Shown piece by piece: positions 16,706 through 26,569 of a stretch of 64,000 nucleotides of DNA. Source of the DNA: a gamma proteobacterium endosymbiont of Lamellibrachia anaximandri (GTDB taxonomy: Bacteria > Pseudomonadota > Gammaproteobacteria > Chromatiales > Chromatiaceae). Position numbers and translations under genes: made by a program. A model generated the notes under the pieces. It did not search any database. It saw only the letters and a program-made list of their open reading frames with translations, and was not told the DNA's origin. The stretch is taken from contig JAESPD010000010.1 of the NCBI GenBank assembly GCA_016756855.1, forward strand, positions 20,468-84,467. The letters run 5' to 3'. Positions within the stretch are counted from its first letter, which is position 1. Every line of letters starts with the position of its first letter.

Positions 16706-18310
16706 ATGGGGGCTGCCCTGTTCCAGACGCTTGCTGTGCTGCTTGCTCTGACGCTCTACGCTGTTATTGCCGTGCGTGCCGTTCTGCACTACCTGCACAT
16801 GCTGCAGCTCAACTCCTATCGCAATGAACGTTATCTGCGTTGGCTGAACGAGGATCTGCTTAAACGTATTGGCCCGGTCTCACTGCTACCGCTTGCGGCG
16901 CTTCTGTTTTACTGGAACAGCGGGCTGTTTTTCGGCATCTGGATCGGGGGATTCCTGCTGCTCAGTCTGAAACGCCCCAAAGTGCCGGTAAAAAAACCGC
17001 TGGTGGTGACAGGACGGGTCAAACGCCTGATGGCGGCAACCTTCCTGATCTGGTTGGGGGCATCGCTGCTGGCGTTATTTCTCGGCGTGACGGGATTGTC
17101 TCCGATCCCCTATTTCTCTCTCTTTCTCATGCTGGGCCTGCTCCTGCTGTTGCTGCCCTGGCTGCTGGTCGTGGCCAACCTGTTGGCGGTGCCGGTGGAG
17201 TCGGCCATCGCCAGGTGGTACATCGGCGATGCGGGGAAGATCATCAACGGCATGCCGGGGCTTCAGGTGGTCGGTATCACTGGGAGTTATGGCAAGACCA
17301 GTACCAAATTCATCCTGAATGAACTGTTGCTGTCCAAATACAATGCATTGATGACGCCGGGCAGTTTCAATACCCTGCTTGGGGTGACTCGTATTATCAG
17401 GGAGAAGCTCAAGCCGATTCATGACCTCTTCCTGGTGGAGATGGGGGCCAAACAGCCGGGAGATATCCGGGAGATCTGCGAACTGGTGCACCCCAGGTAC
17501 GGTTTGATCACCACCATCGGCAAACAGCATCTGGAGATGTTCAAGAGTCTTGCCAATATCGTGAAAACCAAATCGGAGTTGGTCGAATTCCTGCCATCCG
17601 ACGGCATCGCGTTTCTCAATGCGGATGATGAGAGTTTTGCTGAAGTGCGAGGCAGGACTCAGGCGAAGGTTGTCAGTTTTGGCGTTGACTCTCCCGGAGC
17701 GGATTATGCGGCGCGCGAGATAAAATATCTGGCCAATGGCCTGACCGCGCTCACTCTCTCTTTACCGAGCGGGGAGACGCTGCTGCTGGAGACCCGTCTG
17801 CTGGGAAAAAACAATATCTACAATATCGTCTCTGCAGTCGCAGTGGCGATGGAGCTGGGTGTGCCGCAAAACCGGATCAAGGCAGCGGTGCGCTCGCTGC
17901 AGCCGGCGCCGCACCGATTGAACGTGAAACAGAGCGCCGCGGGCATCACTATCGTTGACGATGCCTTCAGCTCCAATCCAATGGGCGCGCGAGCCGCCCT
18001 GGATGTGCTGCGGGAGATCGAGGGCAACAGAAAGGTGTTGATCACTCCGGGTATGGTTGAGCTTGGCGAAACGGAGGCGGAGGAGAATCGTCTTTTTGGC
18101 GCTTATGCGGCAAGTCGGTGTGACTATGTCATTCTGGTGGGTATAGATCAGGCCAAACCGATCCATGAGGGGTTGGTTTCGGTAGGTTATCCGGAGAACC
18201 AGATCTATATTGCGGCTCATCTGAATGAGGCCAATGACCATTTTGCGAAGATCTCGCGGGAGGGTGATGTAGTGCTCTATGAAAATGATCTGCCGGATAC
18301 TTATAATTAG
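16706..18310 (+). CDS. Membrane-anchored Mur ligase family protein (MurF-like central and C-terminal domains)
   Basis: 534 aa. About five hydrophobic helices in aa 1-165, then the P-loop GITGSYGKTSTK (nt 17273-17305) and MurF-like downstream motifs (LVEMGA, DDAFSSNP). The start is 3 nt after the hydrolase stop. Confidence 0.75.
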   Translation: MGAALFQTLAVLLALTLYAVIAVRAVLHYLHMLQLNSYRNERYLRWLNEDLLKRIGPVSLLPLAALLFYWNSGLFFGIWIGGFLLLSLKRPKVPVKKPLVVTGRVKRLMAATFLIWLGASLLALFLGVTGLSPIPYFSLFLMLGLLLLLLPWLLVVANLLAVPVESAIARWYIGDAGKIINGMPGLQVVGITGSYGKTSTKFILNELLLSKYNALMTPGSFNTLLGVTRIIREKLKPIHDLFLVEMGAKQPGDIREICELVHPRYGLITTIGKQHLEMFKSLANIVKTKSELVEFLPSDGIAFLNADDESFAEVRGRTQAKVVSFGVDSPGADYAAREIKYLANGLTALTLSLPSGETLLLETRLLGKNNIYNIVSAVAVAMELGVPQNRIKAAVRSLQPAPHRLNVKQSAAGITIVDDAFSSNPMGARAALDVLREIEGNRKVLITPGMVELGETEAEENRLFGAYAASRCDYVILVGIDQAKPIHEGLVSVGYPENQIYIAAHLNEANDHFAKISREGDVVLYENDLPDTYN

Positions 18311-18334
18311 TGCCCGATTGAAAAAACATAATTA

Positions 18335-18448
18335 ACCACGAAGAACACGAAGGACACGAAGAAAATGTTTCGTCAGGGAGGATTTGACTAATTGCATTAT
18401 TGTTGTCTCGACCGTAGGGAGATCTCAAGCCATTGTGCTCTTCGTGGT
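18335..18448. repeat. Inverted-repeat element built from CACGAAG 9-mers (copy A1)
   Basis: Left arm ACCACGAAGAACAC (18335-18348, followed by two more NACACGAAG units) pairs 13/14 with right arm GTGCTCTTCGTGGT (18435-18448). Related element at 49701-49830. Confidence 0.6.
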
Positions 18449-18490
18449 GAAAGCAGTATTTCGAATTTGCGTGAGTTGAAGGTGTAGTCG

Positions 18491-19663
18491 ATGAAACCCA
18501 ATGTTGGCGTCTTTTTTGGTGGCCGCTCGGTAGAGCATGAGGTCTCCATCATTTCCGGTCTGCAGGTCGTCCATGCAATCGATGCCGATCTATACCGCGT
18601 GACGCCGGTTTACATCAGTAAAATGGGTGGGTGGTACATCGGTGATAAGCTGTCTGAGATCGACAACTTCAAGCAGCTGGAAACCCTGCTCTCCGAAAGT
18701 ACAGAAGTTATGCCTCACGGAGATGGTGGGCAGCTTGAACTCTACCGTGTTCCTCCTGCCCGTCTTAAAAACAACCTCATCGAAAAGCTTGATATCGTCT
18801 TTCCCGTTATTCACGGCACCAATGGCGAGGACGGCACCCTTCAGGGGCTACTTGAGATGGCAGGTGTTCCCTATGCAGGCTGTGACGTCACTGCGTCGGT
18901 CATCGGTATGGACAAGCTACTGACCAAGACCCTGTTGCGGGGTAACGGCATCCCGGTGGTGGAGTCGGAGAGTTGTCGAATGGAAGCCTGGTATCAGGAC
19001 AGGCGGGGGATTATCGACAGGATCCAGTCAAAATTGGGTTACCCGGTAGTGGTCAAACCAGCGAATCTTGGGTCGAGCATCGGCATCAGTGTCGCTGCCT
19101 CGGAAACGGAGTTGGAGGAGGCGATCGAAAACGCCGGTCTGTATGATCCTTCGATCCTGGTGGAACGTATGGTGACCCAACTCAAGGAGATCAATGCCTC
19201 GGTGCTGGGTAACCGGGATGAGTCGGAGGTTGCGGCACTGGAGGAGCCTCTGCGTTCCAGTGGCATCCTGAATTTTGCCGACAAGTACCAGGGTGGCAAG
19301 ACCAAGGGCATCAGCTCCACCGATCGCGTGCTGCCGGCAGAGATACCCGAGGCACTGGCGGACAGGATCCGCCAGTTGGCAAAAGAGACGTTCAGCCTGA
19401 TTGGCGCAAGTGGAGTGGTTCGTATCGACTTTCTTGTTGATGAGGAGAGCGGTGATGTCTTTGTCAACGAGATCAATACCATCCCCGGATCACTGGCGTT
19501 TTACCTCTGGGAGGCGAGTGGCGTTTCGTTTGCAGCCCTGACCACCCGTGTCATCAAGCTGGCGCTGGAGAGGTTTCGGGAGAAGGGCAGGCGGACCTAT
19601 GTCTTCGACTCCAACCTGCTCTCACTGCAGGGGAGTGGTGGCAAGTTGGGCAGCAAGCGCTGA
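18491..19663 (+). CDS. ddl: D-alanine--D-alanine ligase family ATP-grasp enzyme (long form)
   Basis: 390 aa. FFGGRSVEHEVSIISG N-terminus, omega-loop ADKY, RIDFLVDE...VFVNEINTIPG Mg/ATP motifs. Not located in a dcw cluster. Confidence 0.8.
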   Translation: MKPNVGVFFGGRSVEHEVSIISGLQVVHAIDADLYRVTPVYISKMGGWYIGDKLSEIDNFKQLETLLSESTEVMPHGDGGQLELYRVPPARLKNNLIEKLDIVFPVIHGTNGEDGTLQGLLEMAGVPYAGCDVTASVIGMDKLLTKTLLRGNGIPVVESESCRMEAWYQDRRGIIDRIQSKLGYPVVVKPANLGSSIGISVAASETELEEAIENAGLYDPSILVERMVTQLKEINASVLGNRDESEVAALEEPLRSSGILNFADKYQGGKTKGISSTDRVLPAEIPEALADRIRQLAKETFSLIGASGVVRIDFLVDEESGDVFVNEINTIPGSLAFYLWEASGVSFAALTTRVIKLALERFREKGRRTYVFDSNLLSLQGSGGKLGSKR

Positions 19664-19693
19664 TTCCACATGCCGGGGCTGCCCTGCTGAATG

Positions 19694-22348
19694 CTATTTC
19701 GGCAGCCGCGTGGTGACGGCGGCTTCCAGGCACTCCAGCTGATGTTTCTCCAATAACGGCCGGTTCTTCCGGTCGGTGATGAAAAAGATATCCTCCACCT
19801 CTGCGCCGATGGTCGCGATTTTTGCGTGCTGCAGACGAATGTCGCAGGCGACGAAGGCCTGTCCCACTTCCGACAACAGTCCCGGTCGGTCAAGGGTGAT
19901 CAGACGCATCACTGTGCGGTTGTAAGCAGGATCCTGGGAGAAGAAGATGCGGGTTGGAGTGTCGAAGCTCTTGTGCTGGCGGGGCATGCGGCGATGCACT
20001 TTGAGTGGCTGGCCGTCTTTCTGGGTCAATCCGGCTTTCAGGGTGGTGATGATCTCTTCGGTACGATGGCCCGGCTGGACAGGATTGCCATCCTCCTCCA
20101 TGACCAGGAATGAGTCGAGAGAAAAGCCTTGGGTCGTGCTCATGATGCGGGAGTTGACGATGGACAGACCCAACTGGTCCAGCAGGGTGGTCATGACAGC
20201 AAACAGATTGTCGCGATCCAGTCCGTAGTAGAGTACGTCGCTGCCGCCGTGTTCGGCGGTTTCATGGATCGCGACCAATGGCAGGTCTTCCGGTGGTGTG
20301 GTGATGATGGCCTGAATCTGCCGGCAGATCGCATTGGGAGAGTGTGAGAGAAAATACTCCGGGCTGAAGGATTGCCAGAGGCGGAGAATCTCTCTCTCGT
20401 CGTGTCCGGCCTTGGCCAGCAGTTCCATCGTTTCGTATTTTGTTTCCCTGATCAACTCCTCCTGCGCCAGCGGGTTGTCCAGCCCGCGCTGTAGGGCACG
20501 ACGGGTGGATTTGTAGAGATCCCGCAGCAGTGACTCTTTCCATGAGTTCCAGCGTTTCGGATTGGTAGCCCAGCTGTCAGCGACTGTCAGCAGATAGAGA
20601 TAGTCGAGGTGCATTGTGTCCCCGACGTTTTCAGCAAACGTCTGGATGACGTCCGGGTCGTTGATGTCCTTGCGCTGGGCGATCATGGACATGACCAGAT
20701 GGTTGCGCACCAGCCAGCCGACTAAACGGCTGTCGTATTCGCTGAGATGGTGTTGATGGCAGAAGTCCACCGCGTCCTTCTCACCGAGTATGGAGTGATT
20801 GCCGCCACGTCCTTTGGCAATGTCGTGGAAGAGGGCGGCCAGATAGATCAGCTCTTTCTTCGGCAGGGTGCGGAACAGCTGGCTGCAGAAGGGGGTCTCT
20901 TCGGCGAGTTCCGGAACTGACAGGCGGCGCAGGTTACGCAGCACCATCAATGTGTGTTCATCCACGGTATAGACGTGAAACAGGTCGTACTGCATGCGTC
21001 CGACAATATTTTCAAAGGCCGGAATGTAGGCAGCGAGGATGCCATAGCGATTCATGCGGCGCAGTTCCCGGGTTATGCCCCCGGGTTGGCGCAGGATCTC
21101 CATGAACAGGCTCTGTGCCCGGATGTCTGCGCGGAAGGCGCTGTTGATCAGCTGAATATTGTCCCGCAGCAGGCGGATGGTGCTGGCTCTAACACCTTTT
21201 AATTCCGGGTTCTCCTGCAGGATAAGAAAGAGTTCCAGCAGGGCGGTGGGGGTGCGGGAGAAGACGTCCGGATGGGTGACCTCGAGAAAGCTGTTGCGGC
21301 TTTGGAAACGGTTGCCGTGAGAAACGGGGGCATCCAGCTTGTTCTCCAGCAGGATCGCTTCCTGGAAGTGCTGCAGAAGGATTTCGTTGAGGCGGTTTAG
21401 CTCCAGCGTTGTTCGGTAGAAGAGCTGCATAAACTGCTCTACCGCCAGATTGCTGGTATTGTCATCATAGCCAAACTGGTTAGCCAGGGCGCGCTGATAG
21501 TCGAAGAGTAAAATGTCGCCGTGCCTGCCTGTAAGGGTATGCAGGGCGAAACGGATGCGCCAGAGATAATCCTGACCTTCGATCAGTGTCTGGTATTCAT
21601 CCTCATTGAGGAAGCCGTGACTCACCAGGTCGCGCAAAGTGTCGGCCTGGAAGTGGCGTTTCACTACCCATCCGATCATCTGGATATCCCGCAATCCGCC
21701 TGGACTATCCTTCAGATTGGGTTCCAGGTTGCTTTCGCTGTCCTCGAATTTTTGATGCCGTGCCTGCTGTTCTGCAAATTTCGCTTCAAAAAAGCGTTTG
21801 CTGTCCCAAATCTTAGCGGGGCTGGTGGCTTTCCGCATCGTCTTGAAGAGGGTCTCAGGGCCGACCAGCAGCCGGGATTCCATCAGGTTGGTGGCAACCG
21901 TGATGTCTTTAGATGCTTCCCGGATGCAATCCTCAATGGTGCGTACGCTGTGGCCAACTTCCAGTCCGATGTCCCAGAGCAGGCTAAGAAACTGGCCCAA
22001 GGGTTCCTGTAACTGTTCGAAGTGATCTTCGTGGTCGAGCAGAATCTGCAGGTCGATATCTGAAGCCGGATGGAGTTCTCCCCGGCCATATCCACCCACT
22101 GCGACCAGTGCAGCGTTTGTGGAATCCTGGAAGTGGAGATTCCAGGCGCGCTCCAGGACGGCATCGACCAGATGGGCGCGGGCGGCCACGAGTTCGGTTA
22201 TCGGCTGTTCCTGATTGAACCCTTCCCTGATCGTTGCAGCGCCCTGCTTCAAGAAGTCGCGAAAAACCGGTATCGGGGTGGATGAGGCGCTAGCCAGCGT
22301 CTGGTCAATCGCCGAGAAGTCGAACATTGTATTTTTTGCCTGGATCAT
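19694..22348 (-). CDS. glnD: Bifunctional PII uridylyltransferase / uridylyl-removing enzyme
   Basis: 884 aa. Nucleotidyltransferase motif GGYGRGELHPASDID, an HD domain (LFHDIAKG) and two C-terminal ACT-like regions. The start overlaps the map stop. Confidence 0.95.
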   Translation of the reverse strand: MIQAKNTMFDFSAIDQTLASASSTPIPVFRDFLKQGAATIREGFNQEQPITELVAARAHLVDAVLERAWNLHFQDSTNAALVAVGGYGRGELHPASDIDLQILLDHEDHFEQLQEPLGQFLSLLWDIGLEVGHSVRTIEDCIREASKDITVATNLMESRLLVGPETLFKTMRKATSPAKIWDSKRFFEAKFAEQQARHQKFEDSESNLEPNLKDSPGGLRDIQMIGWVVKRHFQADTLRDLVSHGFLNEDEYQTLIEGQDYLWRIRFALHTLTGRHGDILLFDYQRALANQFGYDDNTSNLAVEQFMQLFYRTTLELNRLNEILLQHFQEAILLENKLDAPVSHGNRFQSRNSFLEVTHPDVFSRTPTALLELFLILQENPELKGVRASTIRLLRDNIQLINSAFRADIRAQSLFMEILRQPGGITRELRRMNRYGILAAYIPAFENIVGRMQYDLFHVYTVDEHTLMVLRNLRRLSVPELAEETPFCSQLFRTLPKKELIYLAALFHDIAKGRGGNHSILGEKDAVDFCHQHHLSEYDSRLVGWLVRNHLVMSMIAQRKDINDPDVIQTFAENVGDTMHLDYLYLLTVADSWATNPKRWNSWKESLLRDLYKSTRRALQRGLDNPLAQEELIRETKYETMELLAKAGHDEREILRLWQSFSPEYFLSHSPNAICRQIQAIITTPPEDLPLVAIHETAEHGGSDVLYYGLDRDNLFAVMTTLLDQLGLSIVNSRIMSTTQGFSLDSFLVMEEDGNPVQPGHRTEEIITTLKAGLTQKDGQPLKVHRRMPRQHKSFDTPTRIFFSQDPAYNRTVMRLITLDRPGLLSEVGQAFVACDIRLQHAKIATIGAEVEDIFFITDRKNRPLLEKHQLECLEAAVTTRLPK

Positions 22349-23121
22349 TGAGTGGCGTCGGCTTCTTCAGCACGCAGGGTCAGCACCTCACAGCCGGTTT
22401 CTGTCACCAGCAGGGTGTGCTCGTACTGCGCGGAGAGACTGCGGTCTTTGGTGACCACGGTCCAGCCGTCGGGACGGAGTTTTATCTGGCGCTTACCGGC
22501 ATTGACCATGGGTTCGATGGTGAAACACATGCCGGGTTGGAGCACCAGACCAGAACCCGGGCTGCCATAATGGAGAACCTGGGGGTCTTCATGAAATTCC
22601 TTACCGATACCGTGACCGCAATATTCGCGCACCACGGAGTAGTGATGTCTCTCGACAAAATCCTGAATCTTGTGGCCGATGTCACCAAGCTGGGCGCCGG
22701 GACGAACCTCGTCGATGCCGACCCAAAGGGCTTTTCGGGTGACCTCTATCAACCGTTTGGCGAGGATGGAGGTCTCCCCCACGCTAAACATCTTGCTGGT
22801 GTCTCCGTGATAGCCATCCTTGATGACAGTGATGTCGAGGTTGACGATGTCCCCCTTTTTCAGCTTTTTGTCAGCGGGAATACCGTGGCAGACCTGCTGG
22901 TTGACCGAACTACAGATAGACTTTGGAAATCCCCGGTAGTTTAGCGGGGCGGGGATGGCCTGCTGCACGTCGACGATGTAGTCGTGGCAGATCTTGTCCA
23001 ACACCTCCGTGGTGACCCCGGGTTTGACATGAGGCTCGATCATCTCCAGTACCTCCGCGGCCAGGCGGCCAGCGACCCGCATCTTCTCTATCTCGTCCGC
23101 TGTCTTGATCGTTACGCTCAT
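22345..23121 (-). CDS. map: Methionine aminopeptidase type I
   Basis: I trimmed the track ORF to the ATG at 23121 (MSVTIKTADEIEKMR...), which gives 258 aa, the typical Map length. Metal ligands lie in conserved contexts (DIVNLDITV, GHGIG, FTIEP, EHT). Confidence 0.95.
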   Translation of the reverse strand: MSVTIKTADEIEKMRVAGRLAAEVLEMIEPHVKPGVTTEVLDKICHDYIVDVQQAIPAPLNYRGFPKSICSSVNQQVCHGIPADKKLKKGDIVNLDITVIKDGYHGDTSKMFSVGETSILAKRLIEVTRKALWVGIDEVRPGAQLGDIGHKIQDFVERHHYSVVREYCGHGIGKEFHEDPQVLHYGSPGSGLVLQPGMCFTIEPMVNAGKRQIKLRPDGWTVVTKDRSLSAQYEHTLLVTETGCEVLTLRAEEADATQ

Positions 23122-23181
23122 AATTCTTAAAGGGTCATGAAAATTTAGGGGAAAGGAAGCTGGGAACAAGGTGCCAGGGAT

Positions 23182-23388
23182 TTGTCGCGATCCGCCCGGT
23201 ATGGTATAAAACGCCCCGCTGAATCGCAAACGGTTCGCGCTGCTCACTTTACGGGGTTTTTCCTCGTGCGGGAGTAAAACTAATCCACACATACATCGGC
23301 ACATGGTTCGGGGTGCCTCCCAGCTTTTGCGGGGAGGTCGATTCATGGGGTGTATGGAGGCCTAACCCAATACAATCAGGAGTCACTC
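23182..23388 (+). promoter_or_regulatory. rpsB promoter (extended -10) plus ~175-nt 5' leader
   Basis: TTGTCG (23182-87), a 17-nt spacer containing TG (23202-03), then TATAAA (23205-10). The long structured leader before rpsB matches the S2-autoregulated arrangement described for gammaproteobacteria. Confidence 0.5.
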
Positions 23389-24135
23389 ATGAGTGCAGTA
23401 TCCATGCGCCAGATGCTGGAAGCAGGCGTACACTTCGGGCATCAGACCCGTTACTGGAACCCCAAGATGGGGGCCTACATCTTTGGTCATCGTAGCAAGA
23501 TTCATATCGTCAATCTTGAGAAGACCCTCCCTCTCTTTAATGACGCCATGAACTTTATCGGTTCGCTTGCGGCGAACGGCGGCAAGATTATGTTCGTCGG
23601 CACCAAGCGTGCAGCCCGTGATGCGGTGCGTGAAGAGGCGGAGCGCTGCAATATGCCCTACGTCAATCATCGTTGGCTCGGTGGCATGCTGACCAATTTC
23701 AAGACCATCAAACAGTCGATCAAACGTCTTAAAGAGCTGGAAGCCATGTTCGAGGACGGTAGTGTCGACCAGCGTTTCAAGAAGAAAGAGGCGCTGAATC
23801 TCCACCGCGAGATGGAGAAGCTGGATCGCAGCCTCGGCGGCATCAAAGATATGGGCAAGTTGCCCGATGCCATGTTCGTGATCGATGTGGGGCATGAAGA
23901 CATCGCAATCTCTGAGGCCCGTAAGCTGGGCATCCCTGTTATCGGTGTGGTCGATACCAATAACAACCCCGAGGCTATCGATTACGTGATCCCCGGGAAT
24001 GATGATGCAATCCGGGCGATCCAGCTCTACACGCAGGGCGCATCTGCAGCGATCCTTGAAGGTCGTACGAGCGCGGCCCATGTGGCGGCTGGCAGCGAAG
24101 AGGAGTTTGTCGAGGTCAAAGGCGACAAGTCCTGA
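23389..24135 (+). CDS. rpsB: 30S ribosomal protein S2
   Basis: [27 protein letters not shown]. Start moved to ATG 23389, which is preceded by CAGGAG. Confidence 0.95.
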   Translation: MSAVSMRQMLEAGVHFGHQTRYWNPKMGAYIFGHRSKIHIVNLEKTLPLFNDAMNFIGSLAANGGKIMFVGTKRAARDAVREEAERCNMPYVNHRWLGGMLTNFKTIKQSIKRLKELEAMFEDGSVDQRFKKKEALNLHREMEKLDRSLGGIKDMGKLPDAMFVIDVGHEDIAISEARKLGIPVIGVVDTNNNPEAIDYVIPGNDDAIRAIQLYTQGASAAILEGRTSAAHVAAGSEEEFVEVKGDKS

Positions 24136-24230
24136 AGCAGTCGACAGATTTTCTGGATTAACGGCCGGATCATGCCTGCAGCGTGATTCGGTCGATCTAT
24201 ATTTGAAGATACGATTTTGAGGTAGGAAAG

Positions 24231-25115
24231 ATGGCGATTACAGCCTCTCAGGTTAAGGAGCTGCGCGAGCGTACCGGCGCAGGCATGATGGAGTGCAAGA
24301 AGGCTCTGGTGGCGTCCGATGGCGATATCGAAGCGGCAATCGAGGCGATGCGCAAATCGGGCCAGGCCAAGGCCGCCAAGAAAGCGGGCCGTACCGCAGC
24401 GGAAGGTGTGATTGTGATCAGCTTCAATGCTGACGACACCCAGGCGGCGATGGTTGAGGTTAACTGTGAAACCGACTTTGTGGCCAAGGACGAGAACTTC
24501 ACCTCCTTTGCCGGCGCTGTGGCAGAGAGGGCGCTCAACGGTGGTGCGGACGATGTTGAGACGTTGATGGGGCAATCTCTTCACGAAGGTGAGGAGACCA
24601 CTGTCAATCAGGCTCGCGAGGCGCTGATCTCCAAGCTGGGCGAGAACATGAATGTGCGCCGCTTTGCCCGTTTGCAGGCCGACAAGGGTACCCTGGTCAG
24701 CTACAGCCACGGTGTGCGTATCGGTGTTGTGGTCGAGGTCGAGGGCAATGAGGGCGATCTGGGCAAGGATCTGGCAATGCATATTGCCGCGACCAACCCC
24801 GTCTGCCTCTCCGCTGACGATATGCCCCAGGATATGCTGGACAAGGAGCGCGAGATCGTTACCGCGCAGGCCAGGGAGAGTGGCAAACCGGACAACATCG
24901 TCGAGAAGATGGTCGATGGTCGTATGCGCAAATATCTGGCGGAAAATACTCTGCTGGGCCAGGTTTTCGTCAAGGATGCGGATTTCACCATCGAGAAGTT
25001 GTTGAAGAGCAAGGGTGCCGCTACTGCCCAATTCAGCCGCTTTGAGGTTGGCGAAGGCATCGAGAAGAAGAAGGAGGATTTCGCCGCAGAGGTCCGGGCG
25101 CAAGCCAAGATGTAA
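24231..25115 (+). CDS. tsf: Elongation factor Ts
   Basis: [29 protein letters not shown]-like N-terminus. Follows rpsB. Confidence 0.95.
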   Translation: MAITASQVKELRERTGAGMMECKKALVASDGDIEAAIEAMRKSGQAKAAKKAGRTAAEGVIVISFNADDTQAAMVEVNCETDFVAKDENFTSFAGAVAERALNGGADDVETLMGQSLHEGEETTVNQAREALISKLGENMNVRRFARLQADKGTLVSYSHGVRIGVVVEVEGNEGDLGKDLAMHIAATNPVCLSADDMPQDMLDKEREIVTAQARESGKPDNIVEKMVDGRMRKYLAENTLLGQVFVKDADFTIEKLLKSKGAATAQFSRFEVGEGIEKKKEDFAAEVRAQAKM

Positions 25116-25126
25116 ACTTCTGTCGT

Positions 25127-25164
25127 CCCCTCTGCACCGGAGCGTTTGCTCCGGTGCAGAGGGG
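25127..25164 (+). terminator. 17-bp perfect hairpin after tsf (no U-tract)
   Basis: CCCCTCTGCACCGGAGC, loop GTTT, GCTCCGGTGCAGAGGGG, starting 12 nt after the tsf stop. No T-run follows, so terminator function is uncertain. Confidence 0.4.
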
Positions 25165-25271
25165 GCGGATGTGGACACGGGGCTTGTGGAGCTGAAATAT
25201 CCGTGGAAAATGGAATATTTCCTCTCTGCGTCTTATCATTCGGTTAATCTCAAATTAGGAATCGGTTCAGC

Positions 25272-25994
25272 ATGTCGGATTTGATCTGTCGGCGTATCCT
25301 GCTCAAGCTTAGTGGCGAAGCCCTGATGGGTTCTGGCGACTTTGGGATTTCACCTGAGGTGATGGCGCGTACTGCGGGTGAGGTGCGGGACCTCGTTGAG
25401 GCCGGTCTAGAGGTGGGGTTGGTGATTGGTGGCGGAAATATCTTCCGCGGCGCCGGTCTGGCACAGGGTGGTCTTGATCGGGTGACCGGCGATCACATGG
25501 GCATGCTTGCCACTGTGATGAACTCCCTGGCGATGCAGGATGCTCTCACAAAGATCGGCATTGAGGCCAGAGTGCTCTCTGCACTGAGCATGCCTGATGT
25601 CTGTGAGCCTTTCACAGCAAGGGATGCCAGGCGACACCTGGATGCGGGTCGGGTGGCCATCCTGGCTGCAGGCACCGGCAATCCCTATTTCACCACCGAT
25701 TCCGCCGCGAGTCTGCGTGCAGTCGAGATCCAGGCTGACATGATGATCAAGGCGACCAAGGTAAACGGCGTCTACTCAGCGGATCCAGTGAAGGATCCCG
25801 ATGCTGAATTCTATCCCCGTCTCACCTACAATCGGGCTTTGGCGGAGAACCTGCAGGTGATGGATGCAACTGCGATTGTGCTCTGCAGGGATAACGATAT
25901 GCCGCTACGAATTATGAACATCAATGATTCCGGGGCTCTCTTGCGTCTGATGCGCGGAGAAGTCATCGGCTCCTTGGTAGAAAAGGGCGAGTAA
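25272..25994 (+). CDS. pyrH: UMP kinase
   Basis: [19 protein letters not shown] and [12 protein letters not shown] motifs. Confidence 0.95.
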   Translation: MSDLICRRILLKLSGEALMGSGDFGISPEVMARTAGEVRDLVEAGLEVGLVIGGGNIFRGAGLAQGGLDRVTGDHMGMLATVMNSLAMQDALTKIGIEARVLSALSMPDVCEPFTARDARRHLDAGRVAILAAGTGNPYFTTDSAASLRAVEIQADMMIKATKVNGVYSADPVKDPDAEFYPRLTYNRALAENLQVMDATAIVLCRDNDMPLRIMNINDSGALLRLMRGEVIGSLVEKGE

Positions 25995-25995
25995 C

Positions 25996-26553
25996 ATGAT
26001 CGACGATATCAAGAGTGATGCTGACACCCGTATGGGCAAGAGCGTTGAGGCGCTCTCCCACGAGTTGGCGAAAGTGCGTACCGGGCGAGCCCATCCAAGT
26101 CTGCTGGACCATATCCGGGTTGACTATTATGGTTCCGAAGTGCCGCTGAGTCAGGTTGCCAATATCAATGTGGAAGATGGTCGTACCCTTGCAGTGACCC
26201 CTTGGGAACGACCGATGATCGCAGTGGTCGAGAAGGCGATTTTAACCTCTGATCTGGGCCTCAATCCCATGAGTGCCGGGGCGGTGATCCGGGTTCCCAT
26301 GCCTCCGTTGACGGAGGAGCGACGCAAGGATCTGATTCGCGTGGTACGCCATGAAGCTGAAAATGCGCGGGTTGCAATCCGCAATATTCGTCGTGATGCC
26401 AATCATAATCTCAAGGATCACATGAAGGAGAAGATGATCTCCGAAGACGATGAGCGTCGTGGACAGGAGATCATTCAAAAGTTGACCGATCAGCACGTCA
26501 AAGAGGTGGATGAGGCGCTGGCGGTGAAAGAAAAGGATTTGATGGAGATCTGA
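25996..26553 (+). CDS. frr: Ribosome recycling factor
   Basis: 185 aa. [22 protein letters not shown] and IRNIRRDAN motifs. Confidence 0.95.
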   Translation: MIDDIKSDADTRMGKSVEALSHELAKVRTGRAHPSLLDHIRVDYYGSEVPLSQVANINVEDGRTLAVTPWERPMIAVVEKAILTSDLGLNPMSAGAVIRVPMPPLTEERRKDLIRVVRHEAENARVAIRNIRRDANHNLKDHMKEKMISEDDERRGQEIIQKLTDQHVKEVDEALAVKEKDLMEI

Positions 26554-26569
26554 TTATCACTGTTGCCCG

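Noticed and set aside
18491-19663. Vancomycin-resistance-type (VanA/VanB) D-Ala-D-Lac ligase interpretation of the Ddl paralogue
   Set aside because: No vanH/vanX/vanRS-like genes are nearby, and the omega-loop keeps Lys-Tyr (ADKY) rather than the His or Phe seen in depsipeptide ligases. Specificity is still untested.
22327-22944. 205-aa plus-strand ORF
   Set aside because: Antisense to map.
23122-23346. 75-codon N-terminal extension of map in the track ORF (22345..23346)
   Set aside because: The extension ([18 protein letters not shown]...) covers the map-rpsB promoter region and has no Map homology. The canonical Map N-terminus starts at the ATG at 23121.
24027-25178. 383-aa ORF on the minus strand
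   Set aside because: Antisense to tsf (and to the rpsB 3' end). The sense genes are certain.
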